Below, in pieces: positions 38,869 to 48,559 of a DNA stretch of 64,000 nt (the stretch's first letter is position 1; each line of letters begins with the position of its first letter). The DNA comes from an uncultured candidatus Brocadiaceae bacterium (lineage in GTDB: Bacteria > Planctomycetota > UBA11346). The notes under the pieces were generated by a model. The model searched no databases and was not told the DNA's origin. It saw only the letters and a program-made list of their open reading frames with translations. Position numbers and translations under genes: made by a program. The stretch is taken from contig CAZTGE010000001.1 of assembly GCA_964612995.1 (NCBI GenBank), forward strand, positions 15,985 through 79,984, read 5' to 3'.

Positions 38869-40485
38869 TCAGTCGGAATCGATCCTGCGGGCCAGGGGCA
38901 GCCGGCGACCGACGCCGAAGGCCTTGCTGGTGACGCGGAGGGTGGGCGGCGCCTGACGACGTTTGTACTCGCTGGTTTCGACCATCCGCACCACCCGGTC
39001 GACCACGCTCTGCTCCTCGCCGGCGGCGACCAGCTCCTCGCGGCCGGCGCCGTGTTCGATGTAGGCCTCGAGGATGCGGTCGAGCACCGGATAGGGCGGC
39101 AGGCTGTCGGTGTCGACCTGGCCCGGGCGCAACTCGGCCGACGGGGGTTTGAGGATCGTGTTGCGGGGGATGCGCTCGCGTTCGTGGTTGAGGTGCCCGG
39201 CAAGGGCGAAGACCCGGGTCTTGTAGACGTCGCCGATCGGCGCCAGCCCGCCGTTCATGTCGCCGTACATGGTGCAGTAGCCGACCGCGAGCTCGCTCTT
39301 GTTCCCGGTGGCCAGCGCCATGGCGCGATGCTTGTTGGCGTAGGCCATGACCAGGGTACCGCGGATGCGGGCCTGGATGTTCTCTTCGGCCACCCCGGCG
39401 TCGGTGCCGGCGAAGGGCTCGGCGAGCGTGGCCGTGATCGCGTCGTAGGACCCGATGATCGGGCAGCGGTAGGCGCGGATGCCCAGGTTGTCGGCCAGGG
39501 CCTGGGCGTCGGTCACCGATTCGGGTGACGAGTGCATGCTCGGCATCAACAGCCCGGTGACGCCCTCTGCGCCGAGCGCATCGACCGCGAGAACGGCGCA
39601 GAGGGCGGAATCGATCCCGCCGGAGAGACCGAGGACCACGCGATCCTGTCCGGTCTTGGCGCAATAGTCGCGAAGGCCGGTGACCAGCGCCTGATGCAGA
39701 TCCGCGAGCTCGTCGATCGCAGCGGGGGGCTGACCTGGGGCGGCGGTATCGATCACCGCGAGGTCCTCACGCCACCGTTGCAGATGGCCGTACCAGGTTC
39801 CGTCCGGGCCGACCACCCCGCTGTCACCGTCGAAGAGCAGTTCGTCGTAGCCGCCGACCTGGTTGACGTAGACCACCGGGGCGCCGACCCGCTGCGCGAC
39901 GTCGGCGATCAACCGGCGGCGCAAGGCGGGTTTGTTGGCGTTGTAGGGGCTGGCCGAAACGTTGACCACCAGGTCGCAGGCACCGACGAGATCGACGACC
40001 GGATCGCGCTCGTAGGTCGCGGGAGCCAGGGCGCCGGTCCAGATGTCTTCGCAGACGCTCAACGCCACGCGCGCGCCAGCGATCTCCACCACCATCGGCT
40101 CCGCGCCGGGCTGGAAGTAGCGGACCTCGTCGAAAACGTCGTAGGAGGGCAGCAAGCGCTTGCGATAGACCTGGGCCACGCGTGTGTCGGCGAGCAGGGC
40201 GAGGGCGTTGCCGAGATCGGCCGCGTCCTCGCCGGGGTGCACGCAGCCGATCAGGGTCGGCAACTCCAGCGTGCCGGCGAGACGGTGGATCATCTCCCAC
40301 TGCGCGCGGATCAGGCTGCGGCGATGGAGCAGGTCGCGTGGCGGATACCCGAGACTGGCCAACTCTGGCAACACCAGCAACTCGGCGCCCGCCGCCAGGG
40401 CGCGGTCGTGACACAGGCGGATGTCGCGGGCGATTCCATCCAGATCGGCGACCAGGACGTTGCGTTGGGCCAGGGCGATGCGCAT
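38869..40485 (-). CDS. nadE: glutamine-dependent NAD+ synthetase (N-terminal CN-hydrolase domain plus NAD synthetase domain)
   Basis: MRIALAQRNVL start (ATG 40485). Nitrilase-family catalytic pattern in the first half. PP-loop SGGIDS in the second half. The longer 808-aa track ORF upstream of this ATG is Arg-rich and was treated as noise. Confidence 0.9.
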   Translation of the reverse strand: MRIALAQRNVLVADLDGIARDIRLCHDRALAAGAELLVLPELASLGYPPRDLLHRRSLIRAQWEMIHRLAGTLELPTLIGCVHPGEDAADLGNALALLADTRVAQVYRKRLLPSYDVFDEVRYFQPGAEPMVVEIAGARVALSVCEDIWTGALAPATYERDPVVDLVGACDLVVNVSASPYNANKPALRRRLIADVAQRVGAPVVYVNQVGGYDELLFDGDSGVVGPDGTWYGHLQRWREDLAVIDTAAPGQPPAAIDELADLHQALVTGLRDYCAKTGQDRVVLGLSGGIDSALCAVLAVDALGAEGVTGLLMPSMHSSPESVTDAQALADNLGIRAYRCPIIGSYDAITATLAEPFAGTDAGVAEENIQARIRGTLVMAYANKHRAMALATGNKSELAVGYCTMYGDMNGGLAPIGDVYKTRVFALAGHLNHERERIPRNTILKPPSAELRPGQVDTDSLPPYPVLDRILEAYIEHGAGREELVAAGEEQSVVDRVVRMVETSEYKRRQAPPTLRVTSKAFGVGRRLPLARRIDSD

Positions 40486-40595
40486 CGGGCGTCCTTCCGG
40501 CGGTGGGCGTGGGCCGAGGCGGCCTGGGGCGAGTCTCGTGCCCTCGTGAAGCGGTCCAGGAGCGATTGCTGGACCGGCCCGCCCCCCGGCAGACA

Positions 40596-41339
40596 ATGGA
40601 CGATGAGGAGATCGCCATGCGCATCCTCCCAGTCCTGCTGACGCTCGCGACGGTGGCCTCGGCGCCGGCCTTCGATCCCGGGCCGCCACCACGCTCGCTC
40701 CCCGCGCCACGCATCGCCCCCGTGGACGCCGCGACGCCGGATCCGACGCTCGCGCTACCACCGCTGACCCGTGATCAGGCGCTGGCGATCTGCCGTTCGC
40801 TGCAGCACATGCGCCAGGAGCAGCCGGCGCTCCACGCCCGGCTCGACAGCAGCGGCGATCAGCGGCTCGACGCCGACGAGCTACACGGTCTCGCCGGACA
40901 ACGCGCCGACGAACTGGTGGCGCTGATCGACAGCGACGGCGACGCCGCGCTCGACGCGACCGAGATCGATCACGCGCTCGCGGTCGCCGACGCCACGAAG
41001 GCCGAGGAGCGCGCGGCGTCGGCTGCCGCCCTGGCGACCGAACGCCCCGTCCCCCTGGCTCCGGTGGCCTCGCGCCTGACCATCGGCAGTGCCCGACGCT
41101 GCGTCGTCGATTACGACGTGGTCGACGGGCACTACGACCCGGTGGTCCGTTGGCTACCCAGCGGCAGCGGCGTGAGTGTGTCCGGCGGCAGCGTGGCCTT
41201 CTGGCACACCCCGACCTGCCGCCCGCGAGTGATCCGCCGACGGGTGGTGCCGCGAACACAGATACGCCGCCGGGTGGTGCCGCGATCGAGGCCAAGCCCC
41301 CAGGCTCCGCGTCGGGTGGTGCGACCGCTCGAACGCTGA
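40596..41339 (+). CDS. secreted protein with EF-hand-like calcium-binding loops and a C-terminal tandem RRVVPR repeat
   Basis: Signal peptide MRILPVLLTLATVASAPA (alternative start 40617). DSSGDQRLDADE and DSDGDAALDATEID resemble EF-hand loops. DNA tandem repeat at about 41231-41290. Confidence 0.5.
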   Translation: MDDEEIAMRILPVLLTLATVASAPAFDPGPPPRSLPAPRIAPVDAATPDPTLALPPLTRDQALAICRSLQHMRQEQPALHARLDSSGDQRLDADELHGLAGQRADELVALIDSDGDAALDATEIDHALAVADATKAEERAASAAALATERPVPLAPVASRLTIGSARRCVVDYDVVDGHYDPVVRWLPSGSGVSVSGGSVAFWHTPTCRPRVIRRRVVPRTQIRRRVVPRSRPSPQAPRRVVRPLER

Positions 41340-41402
41340 GCAGAGCCCGACTCCGGCTCGCTTTTCCATGGCGGCCGCAGGTCGGCTGATCAGCATGGCC
41401 GT

Positions 41403-42548
41403 ATGCCGGTGTTCGAGCGCATCCGCCTGCGCGAGGTCCATTGGTTGCCGTTGGTGCTGGCCCTGCTGCTGACTGTGTTCGGCGCCGTGTTCGTGGTCAG
41501 CTCGACCCTCGACCCGAGCACCGGGTGGGGGCGCGAGGCGCGGATGCAGCTGGCCTGGATCACGCTCAGCTGCGGCGCCTGCCTGGTGAGCATGCACATC
41601 CCGCTGATGGTCTGGCGCGACTCGGCACCGGCGACCTACATCGCGCTGCTGCTGACCCAGGCCTTCATGATGATCATGGCCGGAACCACGCTGGTGCCGA
41701 CGATCAAGGGGGCGCACAACTGGATCGCTCTCGGTTCGCTGCGGATCCAGCCCTCGGAGTTCTACAAGATCGCCACGCTGCTGATGTGCGCCCGGCTGCT
41801 GACCATTCCCGAGGCCGACCCCCGGCGATTCGCCTGGTCGTTTCTGGTCCTCGCCTGCGGTGGCCTGCCCGCCCTGTTGCTGGTGCGCGAGGACCTCGGA
41901 TCGGCGCTGACCTTCTTCCCCATGGTCCTGGGCATGCTGTTCTTCGCAGGCATGCGACTGCGCCATCTCGCCGGGATCATCCTGCTCACGGGGCTGGCAG
42001 TCGCTGCGGGAGTGGCGGTGCTGCCGCAGAACGGCTACCAGTACCGCCGGCTCCAGGCCTGGCTCGATCCGCAGGCCTACGCCCTGACCGAAGGCTATCA
42101 GACCATCCGCACGGTGCGCTCGGTCGGCTCGGGACGGTTCACCGGCAAGGGCTATGCCCTCGGCGAGCAGAACCTGCTCGGCTACGTGCCCGAAAGCCAT
42201 ACCGACTCGATCTACGCCGTGATCGGCGAGGAGACCGGCTTCGTCGGTTCCTGCCTCGCGCTGCTGCTGTTCCTCGGCTTCACACTGGTGCTGCTGCACG
42301 CCGCCGCACGCTGCCGCCAGCCCTTCGGGCGGCTGTTCGTCGGTGGATTCGCCAGCCTCGTCTTCGGCCAGATGACCATCAACGTGATGGTGGTGCTCGG
42401 TCTGATGCCGGTCACCGGCATCACCCTGCCCTTCTTCAGCTACGGCGGCTCGAGCATGCTCGCGCTCTACATCATGCTCGGGATCACCCTCGCGGCCTCG
42501 ATGGCCCGGCGCACCGGCTTCAGCCGCTCGCTCTATGCCGAGGGCTGA
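41403..42548 (+). CDS. FtsW/RodA/SpoVE-family peptidoglycan glycosyltransferase
   Basis: 10-TM SEDS pattern with conserved motifs (QPSEFYKIA, GSALTFFP, PESHTDSIYAVIGEE, LPFFSYGGSSM). Confidence 0.85.
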   Translation: MPVFERIRLREVHWLPLVLALLLTVFGAVFVVSSTLDPSTGWGREARMQLAWITLSCGACLVSMHIPLMVWRDSAPATYIALLLTQAFMMIMAGTTLVPTIKGAHNWIALGSLRIQPSEFYKIATLLMCARLLTIPEADPRRFAWSFLVLACGGLPALLLVREDLGSALTFFPMVLGMLFFAGMRLRHLAGIILLTGLAVAAGVAVLPQNGYQYRRLQAWLDPQAYALTEGYQTIRTVRSVGSGRFTGKGYALGEQNLLGYVPESHTDSIYAVIGEETGFVGSCLALLLFLGFTLVLLHAAARCRQPFGRLFVGGFASLVFGQMTINVMVVLGLMPVTGITLPFFSYGGSSMLALYIMLGITLAASMARRTGFSRSLYAEG

Positions 42549-42569
42549 GCCTGGCACCGAGCAGCGCGT

Positions 42570-42923
42570 TCACCCGCCCTGGGTGCCGAACATCCCGCCG
42601 AGCAGCGACATCATGTCCCCGTCGCCGAGCGACTTCTGCAGCTGCTCCTCGGGGCTGGCACCGTAACGTTGCTTGTAGGCATCGAGCGCATTGGCCATCG
42701 CTCCGGCGATCAGGTCTTCGAGCATGGTCGCATCGTCGTCGGCCGCCGCCGCGGCCGCCGGGGCGATGCGCACCCGCTCCACGCTCAGATCGCCCTTGAG
42801 CACCACGGTGACCGCGCCGCCGCCGGCGCTGCCTTCGATGCGTGCCTCGGCGCGGTCCGCCTCGGCTTGCTGCACCCGTTCGCGCAAGGGGCCGAGCGCC
42901 TGCATCATCTGCTGGATGTCCAC
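42570..42923 (-). CDS. YbaB/EbfC-family nucleoid-associated protein
   Basis: GTG start with GAGGAGG 6 nt upstream. Core matches the YbaB pattern (SAGGGAVTVVLKGDLSVERVRI, DDDATMLEDLIAGAMANAL). Confidence 0.8.
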   Translation of the reverse strand: MDIQQMMQALGPLRERVQQAEADRAEARIEGSAGGGAVTVVLKGDLSVERVRIAPAAAAAADDDATMLEDLIAGAMANALDAYKQRYGASPEEQLQKSLGDGDMMSLLGGMFGTQGG

Positions 42924-42924
42924 G

Positions 42925-44160
42925 TCATTCCTCCTCGGTGGGATGGATCGGCAGATCCGCCGACCGGATCAGTTCGACCCGTGACCAGGGTTCGCCCGGT
43001 GACTCGGGCCAGTCGAGGATGGCGCGGCCATCGTGGACGACGATGTGCGCACCGGGCGGTTGCTCGCGGTCACCGTAGGGCCAGCGTGCCAGGTCTTCCG
43101 GCTTGCGCAAACGCGGCCACCCGTGAGCTGCCGCACGACGGTTGAGCTGCTCCAACCAGCGATCGTAGTCGGCGTAGGCCAGGCCCCGGCTGCTGACCTG
43201 TCCGTCTTCGATGCGGTAAGGCCAGCCGTAGGGATCGCTGCGCAGGACCACGCGCTCGTCGACCACCGCGAGCGGCTCGGGGCCGAGGTCGCGGGCCCGG
43301 CTGCCGTAGACCGTGCGCAACACATCCGGATCGAGCAGATCGCTGAGCTGGGCCGGCGCACGGTCGTACCGGGCGCGGTAGGCATCAGCGAGCTCCTGCA
43401 GCCGCTTGACCCCATAGCTGGCATACTGCTCGCGCAGGGTGCGCTCGGCCAGCCGGCCCTGGGGACTCGCGGAGCTGGAGACGCGCAACACGTCACCCCA
43501 GTAGGTCAGCTGCCCGAGGCCACCGGCACGGCGTCGGGCCATGGCCTGGATCCAGGCCTGGGCCCAGGTCCGCCCCACGCGTTCGTCGCCGGCATCGGTC
43601 TCGCGATCGGCCCATTGGATCAACACGTCGAACAGCGCCTGGGGATTGTCGCGCTCGAGGTGGAAATCGTCGCTGAGCACCACGACCAGGTTGCGCCACA
43701 GCAGCAGATCGTCCGGATGCTCGAACACCCCGCGGCAGAGGAAGCGCAGCTGGGCATGGGCGTCCATCACCACCGAACCGGTGGTCATCGCACCGTAGTG
43801 GTAAAAAGGTACGAACTGCGGATCCATGGCGATCAGCGCGTCGTAGAGGCGGCGGAAACTGCCACGATGCTCGGCGAGCACGTCGGCGCGCTCGCCGAGC
43901 GGCAGATCGAGGCAGTAATTGAAGTAGCGGTAGCTGGAGATCCACCACAGGCGCGAGACGGTGTTGGTGTGGCCGAAAGCCAGCAGACGCGAGACCTGCG
44001 GACCGGGCAGATATTCCAGGCGCCGATCCTTGCTCATGCCGTAATATGGCCGATCGAGCGACAGCACGAAGCGGAACGGGGCGAGGTTGATCCAGTAGAT
44101 ACCCGCTCCGAGGCCGGCGATGAGCGCCGCCAGCACCACACTGCCGGGCCGGATCCTCAT
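42925..44160 (-). CDS. hypothetical membrane-anchored protein (411 aa)
   Basis: N-terminal TM (SVVLAALIAGLGAGIYWI), then a large Trp/Tyr-rich domain. No family recognised. Confidence 0.5.
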   Translation of the reverse strand: MRIRPGSVVLAALIAGLGAGIYWINLAPFRFVLSLDRPYYGMSKDRRLEYLPGPQVSRLLAFGHTNTVSRLWWISSYRYFNYCLDLPLGERADVLAEHRGSFRRLYDALIAMDPQFVPFYHYGAMTTGSVVMDAHAQLRFLCRGVFEHPDDLLLWRNLVVVLSDDFHLERDNPQALFDVLIQWADRETDAGDERVGRTWAQAWIQAMARRRAGGLGQLTYWGDVLRVSSSASPQGRLAERTLREQYASYGVKRLQELADAYRARYDRAPAQLSDLLDPDVLRTVYGSRARDLGPEPLAVVDERVVLRSDPYGWPYRIEDGQVSSRGLAYADYDRWLEQLNRRAAAHGWPRLRKPEDLARWPYGDREQPPGAHIVVHDGRAILDWPESPGEPWSRVELIRSADLPIHPTEEE

Positions 44161-44179
44161 CGCCGGCCCTCCCGACCGC

Positions 44180-44264
44180 CGGAAACGCCAGCACAGCTGG
44201 CGAGCGACGACAGAGGACGAGGGGGTGAAGTGACGAAGGAGCGAGGGGGCAGAGCCCCCCCTGC
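44180..44264. repeat. divergent copy of repeat family A (GCCGGAAACGCCAGCACAGCTGGCGAGCGACGA...GAGGGGGCAGAGCCCCC hairpin)
   Basis: Shares the CGCCAGC-CAGCTGGCGAG-GAC block and the terminal G5C/GC5 hairpin with 38706-38817. Confidence 0.45.
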
Positions 44265-44278
44265 AAAAAAGTCCCCCG

Positions 44279-45037
44279 TCATAACTGCCGCCGACGGAAG
44301 ATGGCCAGGGTGACGGTGAGCAACAGGGCGATCCACAGCAGCCCGTAGGCCACGGTCATCGCCGCCTCGGCCGGAGCCAGGCCCAGGCCGTGGACCGCCT
44401 GGTTGCGGTAGGCGTAACGCCCGAGATCCGGCATCAACGAGGCGAGCACGGCGATCAGCCACTGGGCGGTATCGTTCTTCACATAGGCGAGGAAACCGGG
44501 CAGCTCGTGGACCGCGTGGCCGAGGCCGTAGGTGGCCAGACTCAGCGCCGCCGCGAGCAGCGGGGTCGAGAGTGTGGTCCAGCACAGGCTCACCGCGGCC
44601 ATGATCACGACCTCCTCCGCGGTCAGCAGGCCCGCGAGCACCAGCAGCGGCGTGACCGGAGCACCGGTGACCCAGAGGTAGATCAACGACAGGGTGAGCA
44701 TCGCCAACTGACCGCAGAGCAGCGCGGCAGCCAGACCGCAGAACTTGCCGATCACGAACTGCCAGCGGGCGATGGGGCGGCTGAGCACGGTGTAGAGGGT
44801 CCGCTGCTGGATCTCCATGTGCATCAGCGCGGTGCCGGTGGCCACCGCGACCAGCAGACCGATGATGCTCTGCAGGCTGAGCACGATGTCGGTCGTGACC
44901 AGGTCGCCGTCGGTGGCGCTGATGTAGCCGATCAGCCGCGACAGGGTCATGAAGACGACGAACAACGAGAGCAGCCCGATGAAACTGCGGCTGCGCAGAC
45001 TCTCGCGCAGGGTGGCGCCGGCGACGGTGAGGATCAC
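44279..45037 (-). CDS. ABC-2-family transporter permease (6 TM)
   Basis: GTG 45037 overlaps the ATPase stop. Uniformly hydrophobic, 252 aa. The longer track ORF upstream is an antisense read-through of the ATPase gene. Confidence 0.7.
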   Translation of the reverse strand: MILTVAGATLRESLRSRSFIGLLSLFVVFMTLSRLIGYISATDGDLVTTDIVLSLQSIIGLLVAVATGTALMHMEIQQRTLYTVLSRPIARWQFVIGKFCGLAAALLCGQLAMLTLSLIYLWVTGAPVTPLLVLAGLLTAEEVVIMAAVSLCWTTLSTPLLAAALSLATYGLGHAVHELPGFLAYVKNDTAQWLIAVLASLMPDLGRYAYRNQAVHGLGLAPAEAAMTVAYGLLWIALLLTVTLAIFRRRQL

Positions 45038-45990
45038 GCTGCACCCCCCGCATCCGGTGTGCCCGCGGCGGCTTCGCCCAGGGTGTTGCCGGCGTTGTGT
45101 GAGGCGCGTACCCGCGCAACGAAATAGTCCTCCAGGGCTTTGCGCTGGCGTTCCAGCCGGACCACGCTGCCTCCGCATTCCGCGACGGTGGCCAAAGCGC
45201 GCTCACGCTCCTCTTCAGGAAAGACCCAGTGCCAGGTGCCGCCGGTACCCAACTCGGCCTCGGCCGGCGCCGGGCCGGAACCGGTGAGCTGGAGCGGCGC
45301 TTGCGCGAACAGCCCGGCGAGGCCACCGGCTTCGATCGCACGACCGTGATCGATCATCACGTAGTGGGTACACAGGTCCTCGACGTCGGCGAGAATGTGC
45401 GAGGAGAAGAACAGGGTCGCGCCGCGCGCGCGCTCGGCCTTGAGAATCTCGCGGAACCGGCTGCGCCAGAGCGGATCGAGTCCGGAAAACGGCTCGTCGA
45501 GCACGAGCAGGCGCGGGCCGGCGAAGATGGCCTGAGCCAGGCCGAAGCGCTGACGCATGCCCTTGGAGAAGGAACGCAGATGTCGCCGACGCAGATCGCC
45601 GAGGTCGAGCTCCTGATAGACGCGCTCGCGCGCCTGCCGGATCTGGGCCCGGCCCATACCGGAGAGCCGACCGAGATAGGCGAGGTACTCGCGCACGCTC
45701 AGATTCTCGTAGAAGAACGGCTGCTCGGGCAGGTAGCCGACCTCGCGTCGCAGCCCCGGTGGCCCGATGGGGCGCCCGAACAGCCGGATGGTGCCGCTAT
45801 GGCCGTGGAGCAGACCCATCAGCAGTTTGATCGCGGTCGACTTGCCGGCGCCGTTGGCGCCGAGGAAACCGCAGGCATCACCGGCGGACACCGCGAAGGA
45901 GATCTGCCGCAGCGCGACGACGCGTTGGAGCCAGTCACCGCGGTAGGTGAAGCAAACGCCTTCATACTCGAGCACGGGATCATCGGCCAT
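45034..45990 (-). CDS. ABC transporter ATP-binding protein
   Basis: Walker A GANGAGKST, signature FSKGMRQRFGLAQAI, Walker B LLVLDEPFSGLD, H-loop SSHIL. Start at MADDPVLEYEGV. Confidence 0.85.
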   Translation of the reverse strand: MADDPVLEYEGVCFTYRGDWLQRVVALRQISFAVSAGDACGFLGANGAGKSTAIKLLMGLLHGHSGTIRLFGRPIGPPGLRREVGYLPEQPFFYENLSVREYLAYLGRLSGMGRAQIRQARERVYQELDLGDLRRRHLRSFSKGMRQRFGLAQAIFAGPRLLVLDEPFSGLDPLWRSRFREILKAERARGATLFFSSHILADVEDLCTHYVMIDHGRAIEAGGLAGLFAQAPLQLTGSGPAPAEAELGTGGTWHWVFPEEERERALATVAECGGSVVRLERQRKALEDYFVARVRASHNAGNTLGEAAAGTPDAGGAA

Positions 45991-46177
45991 CGCGACAGAG
46001 TGTAGGCCCCGCTCCCGGAGGCGACAAGGCCACAATGCCCGGCGCTGGGCAAGACCGGGCTCTCACCCACCTCCCGGGCCCGGCGCGAGCAGCGCTTGAA
46101 CCCCGCCGCAGCGGCGCGCATGGTCACCCGGGCGAGGTGGCCGATCGCCGCCTCCGCAGCCCGACAAGGAGCCGACC

Positions 46178-47068
46178 ATGCTGCGCCGCATGCTTACCCT
46201 CACCGTCATCCCCCTCTGCCTGGTGATCGTCGGCTGCACCGATGACGAATCCGACTCGGACGCGGCCCTGCCCGCGCGCGACTCCACGCAGGAATCCGCC
46301 GCCTTCACCCAGGCCCACCTCGCTGCGACGGTGGCGGTGCGCGATGCCCTGACCGAAGACGGCCAGACCACCGAAGCCTTCGGAGCAACGGCTGTACCGG
46401 GCGCCCTCCCGCTCGCCCTCGGCCGCCCCGGCTGCTGCGAGGCCACCGCCACGAGCTTCGACTACCGCGACGAGGTCAGCCTCGACATCGACCTCGACAT
46501 GCTCGACGGCAACGGCAGCGACCGCTACCCCAACGCCAGCGGACAACTCCACCTCGATGCCACGGCCACCAGCAACACCAACCTCAGCGGGGCGAGCGGC
46601 GAGGTCCGCTACAGCGCCACCGTCACCGCCACGGGGCCGGTCACCGCCACCGACCCGATCTCCGGCTGGACCGCCACCTGGCCCACGGGAACCTCGCTCT
46701 CGCTCAACGTCACCATCACCTGGACCCGCAGCGCGCTCGCCGTGTGGGAGCTGACCGCCGCCACCGCCAGCAACATGTCCCCCCACGACGTGACCGTGTC
46801 CAAAGGCGACATGACACTCGATGGCCGGGTGCTCGAGTTCACCCAGCAGACCTCGATCACGCGGTCGAGCGACGGCACGGAGGTCACGCTCACCGATGTC
46901 CAGCTCGAGGCCATGCGCCAGGTCAGCTGGACCGATGCCGCCGGTGCGTCGCACATGGTGCGGTGGGATGTCCAGGGGCTGGATGCGATCTTCGTCACGC
47001 TCGACGGGACCACCTTCGGCCCATTCACCATCTTCGAGGTGATGGCACGCCTCGGCGCCACCGTCTGA
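46178..47068 (+). CDS. lipoprotein, Thr/Ser-rich, hypothetical
   Basis: Signal peptide with lipobox LVIVGC-T. No family recognised. Confidence 0.55.
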   Translation: MLRRMLTLTVIPLCLVIVGCTDDESDSDAALPARDSTQESAAFTQAHLAATVAVRDALTEDGQTTEAFGATAVPGALPLALGRPGCCEATATSFDYRDEVSLDIDLDMLDGNGSDRYPNASGQLHLDATATSNTNLSGASGEVRYSATVTATGPVTATDPISGWTATWPTGTSLSLNVTITWTRSALAVWELTAATASNMSPHDVTVSKGDMTLDGRVLEFTQQTSITRSSDGTEVTLTDVQLEAMRQVSWTDAAGASHMVRWDVQGLDAIFVTLDGTTFGPFTIFEVMARLGATV

Positions 47069-47411
47069 GGGGTCGCCCGCAGCTCACGGATGACCGCGTG
47101 CCGATGCGTCGCCGCAGGGCGCGGGTAGCGCAGGCCCATGGGCCGACCTCGCCGAGCACCGTGCGACGACGATCCCGCCGAGGCACCGAAGCCGAACGCG
47201 CGAGCGGGTGAACCCGGTTCCGCTGGAAGCCCGTCGCAACAAATGGCCGTTCTGCGGCAATTCAGGGGAAGGTGGGCCCGTGGTGTGGCACACCGTCTGC
47301 ACCAGTGGCTCAGCCAGTGGGCCTTGCCCCTCGACGCCTCTGTCGTGATCCCTAGGCTGGCTGGGTGTCGTGTCGGGCGGATGGGCCCGAATGGGATGGA
47401 AGGATGGCATC

Positions 47412-48554
47412 ATGCGGGTATCGATCACTGCGCTGCGAGCGGCCCTGAGTGGAATCGTGGCTGTTGTCGCCCTGACGACCGGCGGCTGTGGCACCGGCAG
47501 CGTCACCGGCGGAGCCATGTTCGGCGATTTCATTCCGACACCTGACGGCCCCGATTCCAAACTCACCGGGACCTATGTCATGACCGTGGTTCAACCGCTG
47601 GAGGAGCACGGGATCGACGACGACTTCTTCTTCCTCAGCGCCAACAACTGGACCGTCGGCGACACCTATATCCTCAACTTCGACGAGCAGAACAGGATGG
47701 TCGATCATATCTGGACCGGCGCCGATGTCCGAGCCACAGGCGGCCTCCCTTTCGTCATCAACAGCCCAGACGGCTCTGAGTGGCTGGCGAAGGAGCCGGC
47801 AGATGCTGAAGAGGATTTCATCTACGATATCGAAGCGCCCTATCCAGACATCCATACCAACGATATCTTCGAGGATTTCCTCGACTGGTTCCTGTTCCAT
47901 ACCTGGATCGCCACCATCGTTCCCGACACCCGGATCGATCTCGTGCTCGACGGGCTGACCACGATCTCCAACAGCACCACCGGTGGCTTCGTCATCGACC
48001 CCCTCCTGCCCAACTTCGGCATCGGGCTCGAAGATCTCGAGAATGGCTCGAGCACGCTGTATGAACTCCACCAGGAGTGCCATCCGATCCCGACCGAGAA
48101 CGAACTCGGCCCCTACGCCGGCAACTATGCCGTCACCGGCATCTACGAGGTCGAGAACGAGACTTGGGAGTCGCCGGTCGAGTTCGACTTCGCACTCAGC
48201 CCCGAGGGCGTCATCGCCAGCTCGCTGACGCAGATCCCGTTCTTCTCCTACATCAAGCAGGGGACCTTCGGCAGCGTCATCGTCGCCCAGTACTCCGGCC
48301 CATCGGTCCCCGCAAGCACTTATTACCCTTCCGTTCCCCCGGTGGCCCATGAGGCCTTCGTGGACCCGACATCTCTGGGCGAACGCGACAAGGTCACCCA
48401 GCACTGGGATCTGGTCGTCGACGCTGGCGCGGAGGCGGTCAACGGCGGCAACTTGCAGCAGTCGATCAACGCATTCCCTCGCGAAGCTGAACTCGATGGA
48501 CGGCAGAAGATCCTCGGGGCCAAGGTCTTCTTCGAGGACGTCCGCAAGAACTGA
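47412..48554 (+). CDS. lipoprotein, hypothetical, in a GC-poor gene (about 55% vs about 70% background)
   Basis: ATG 47412. Signal peptide with lipobox ALTTGGC-G. Codon usage is visibly AT-richer (TTC ATC TAC GAT ATC GAA ...). Confidence 0.55.
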   Translation: MRVSITALRAALSGIVAVVALTTGGCGTGSVTGGAMFGDFIPTPDGPDSKLTGTYVMTVVQPLEEHGIDDDFFFLSANNWTVGDTYILNFDEQNRMVDHIWTGADVRATGGLPFVINSPDGSEWLAKEPADAEEDFIYDIEAPYPDIHTNDIFEDFLDWFLFHTWIATIVPDTRIDLVLDGLTTISNSTTGGFVIDPLLPNFGIGLEDLENGSSTLYELHQECHPIPTENELGPYAGNYAVTGIYEVENETWESPVEFDFALSPEGVIASSLTQIPFFSYIKQGTFGSVIVAQYSGPSVPASTYYPSVPPVAHEAFVDPTSLGERDKVTQHWDLVVDAGAEAVNGGNLQQSINAFPREAELDGRQKILGAKVFFEDVRKN

Positions 48555-48559
48555 GGCCC

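Noticed and set aside
38869-41295. 808-aa extent of the nadE ORF
   Set aside because: The sequence upstream of MRIALAQ (ATG 40485) is an Arg-rich run with no homology features. It also overlaps the divergent EF-hand protein gene.
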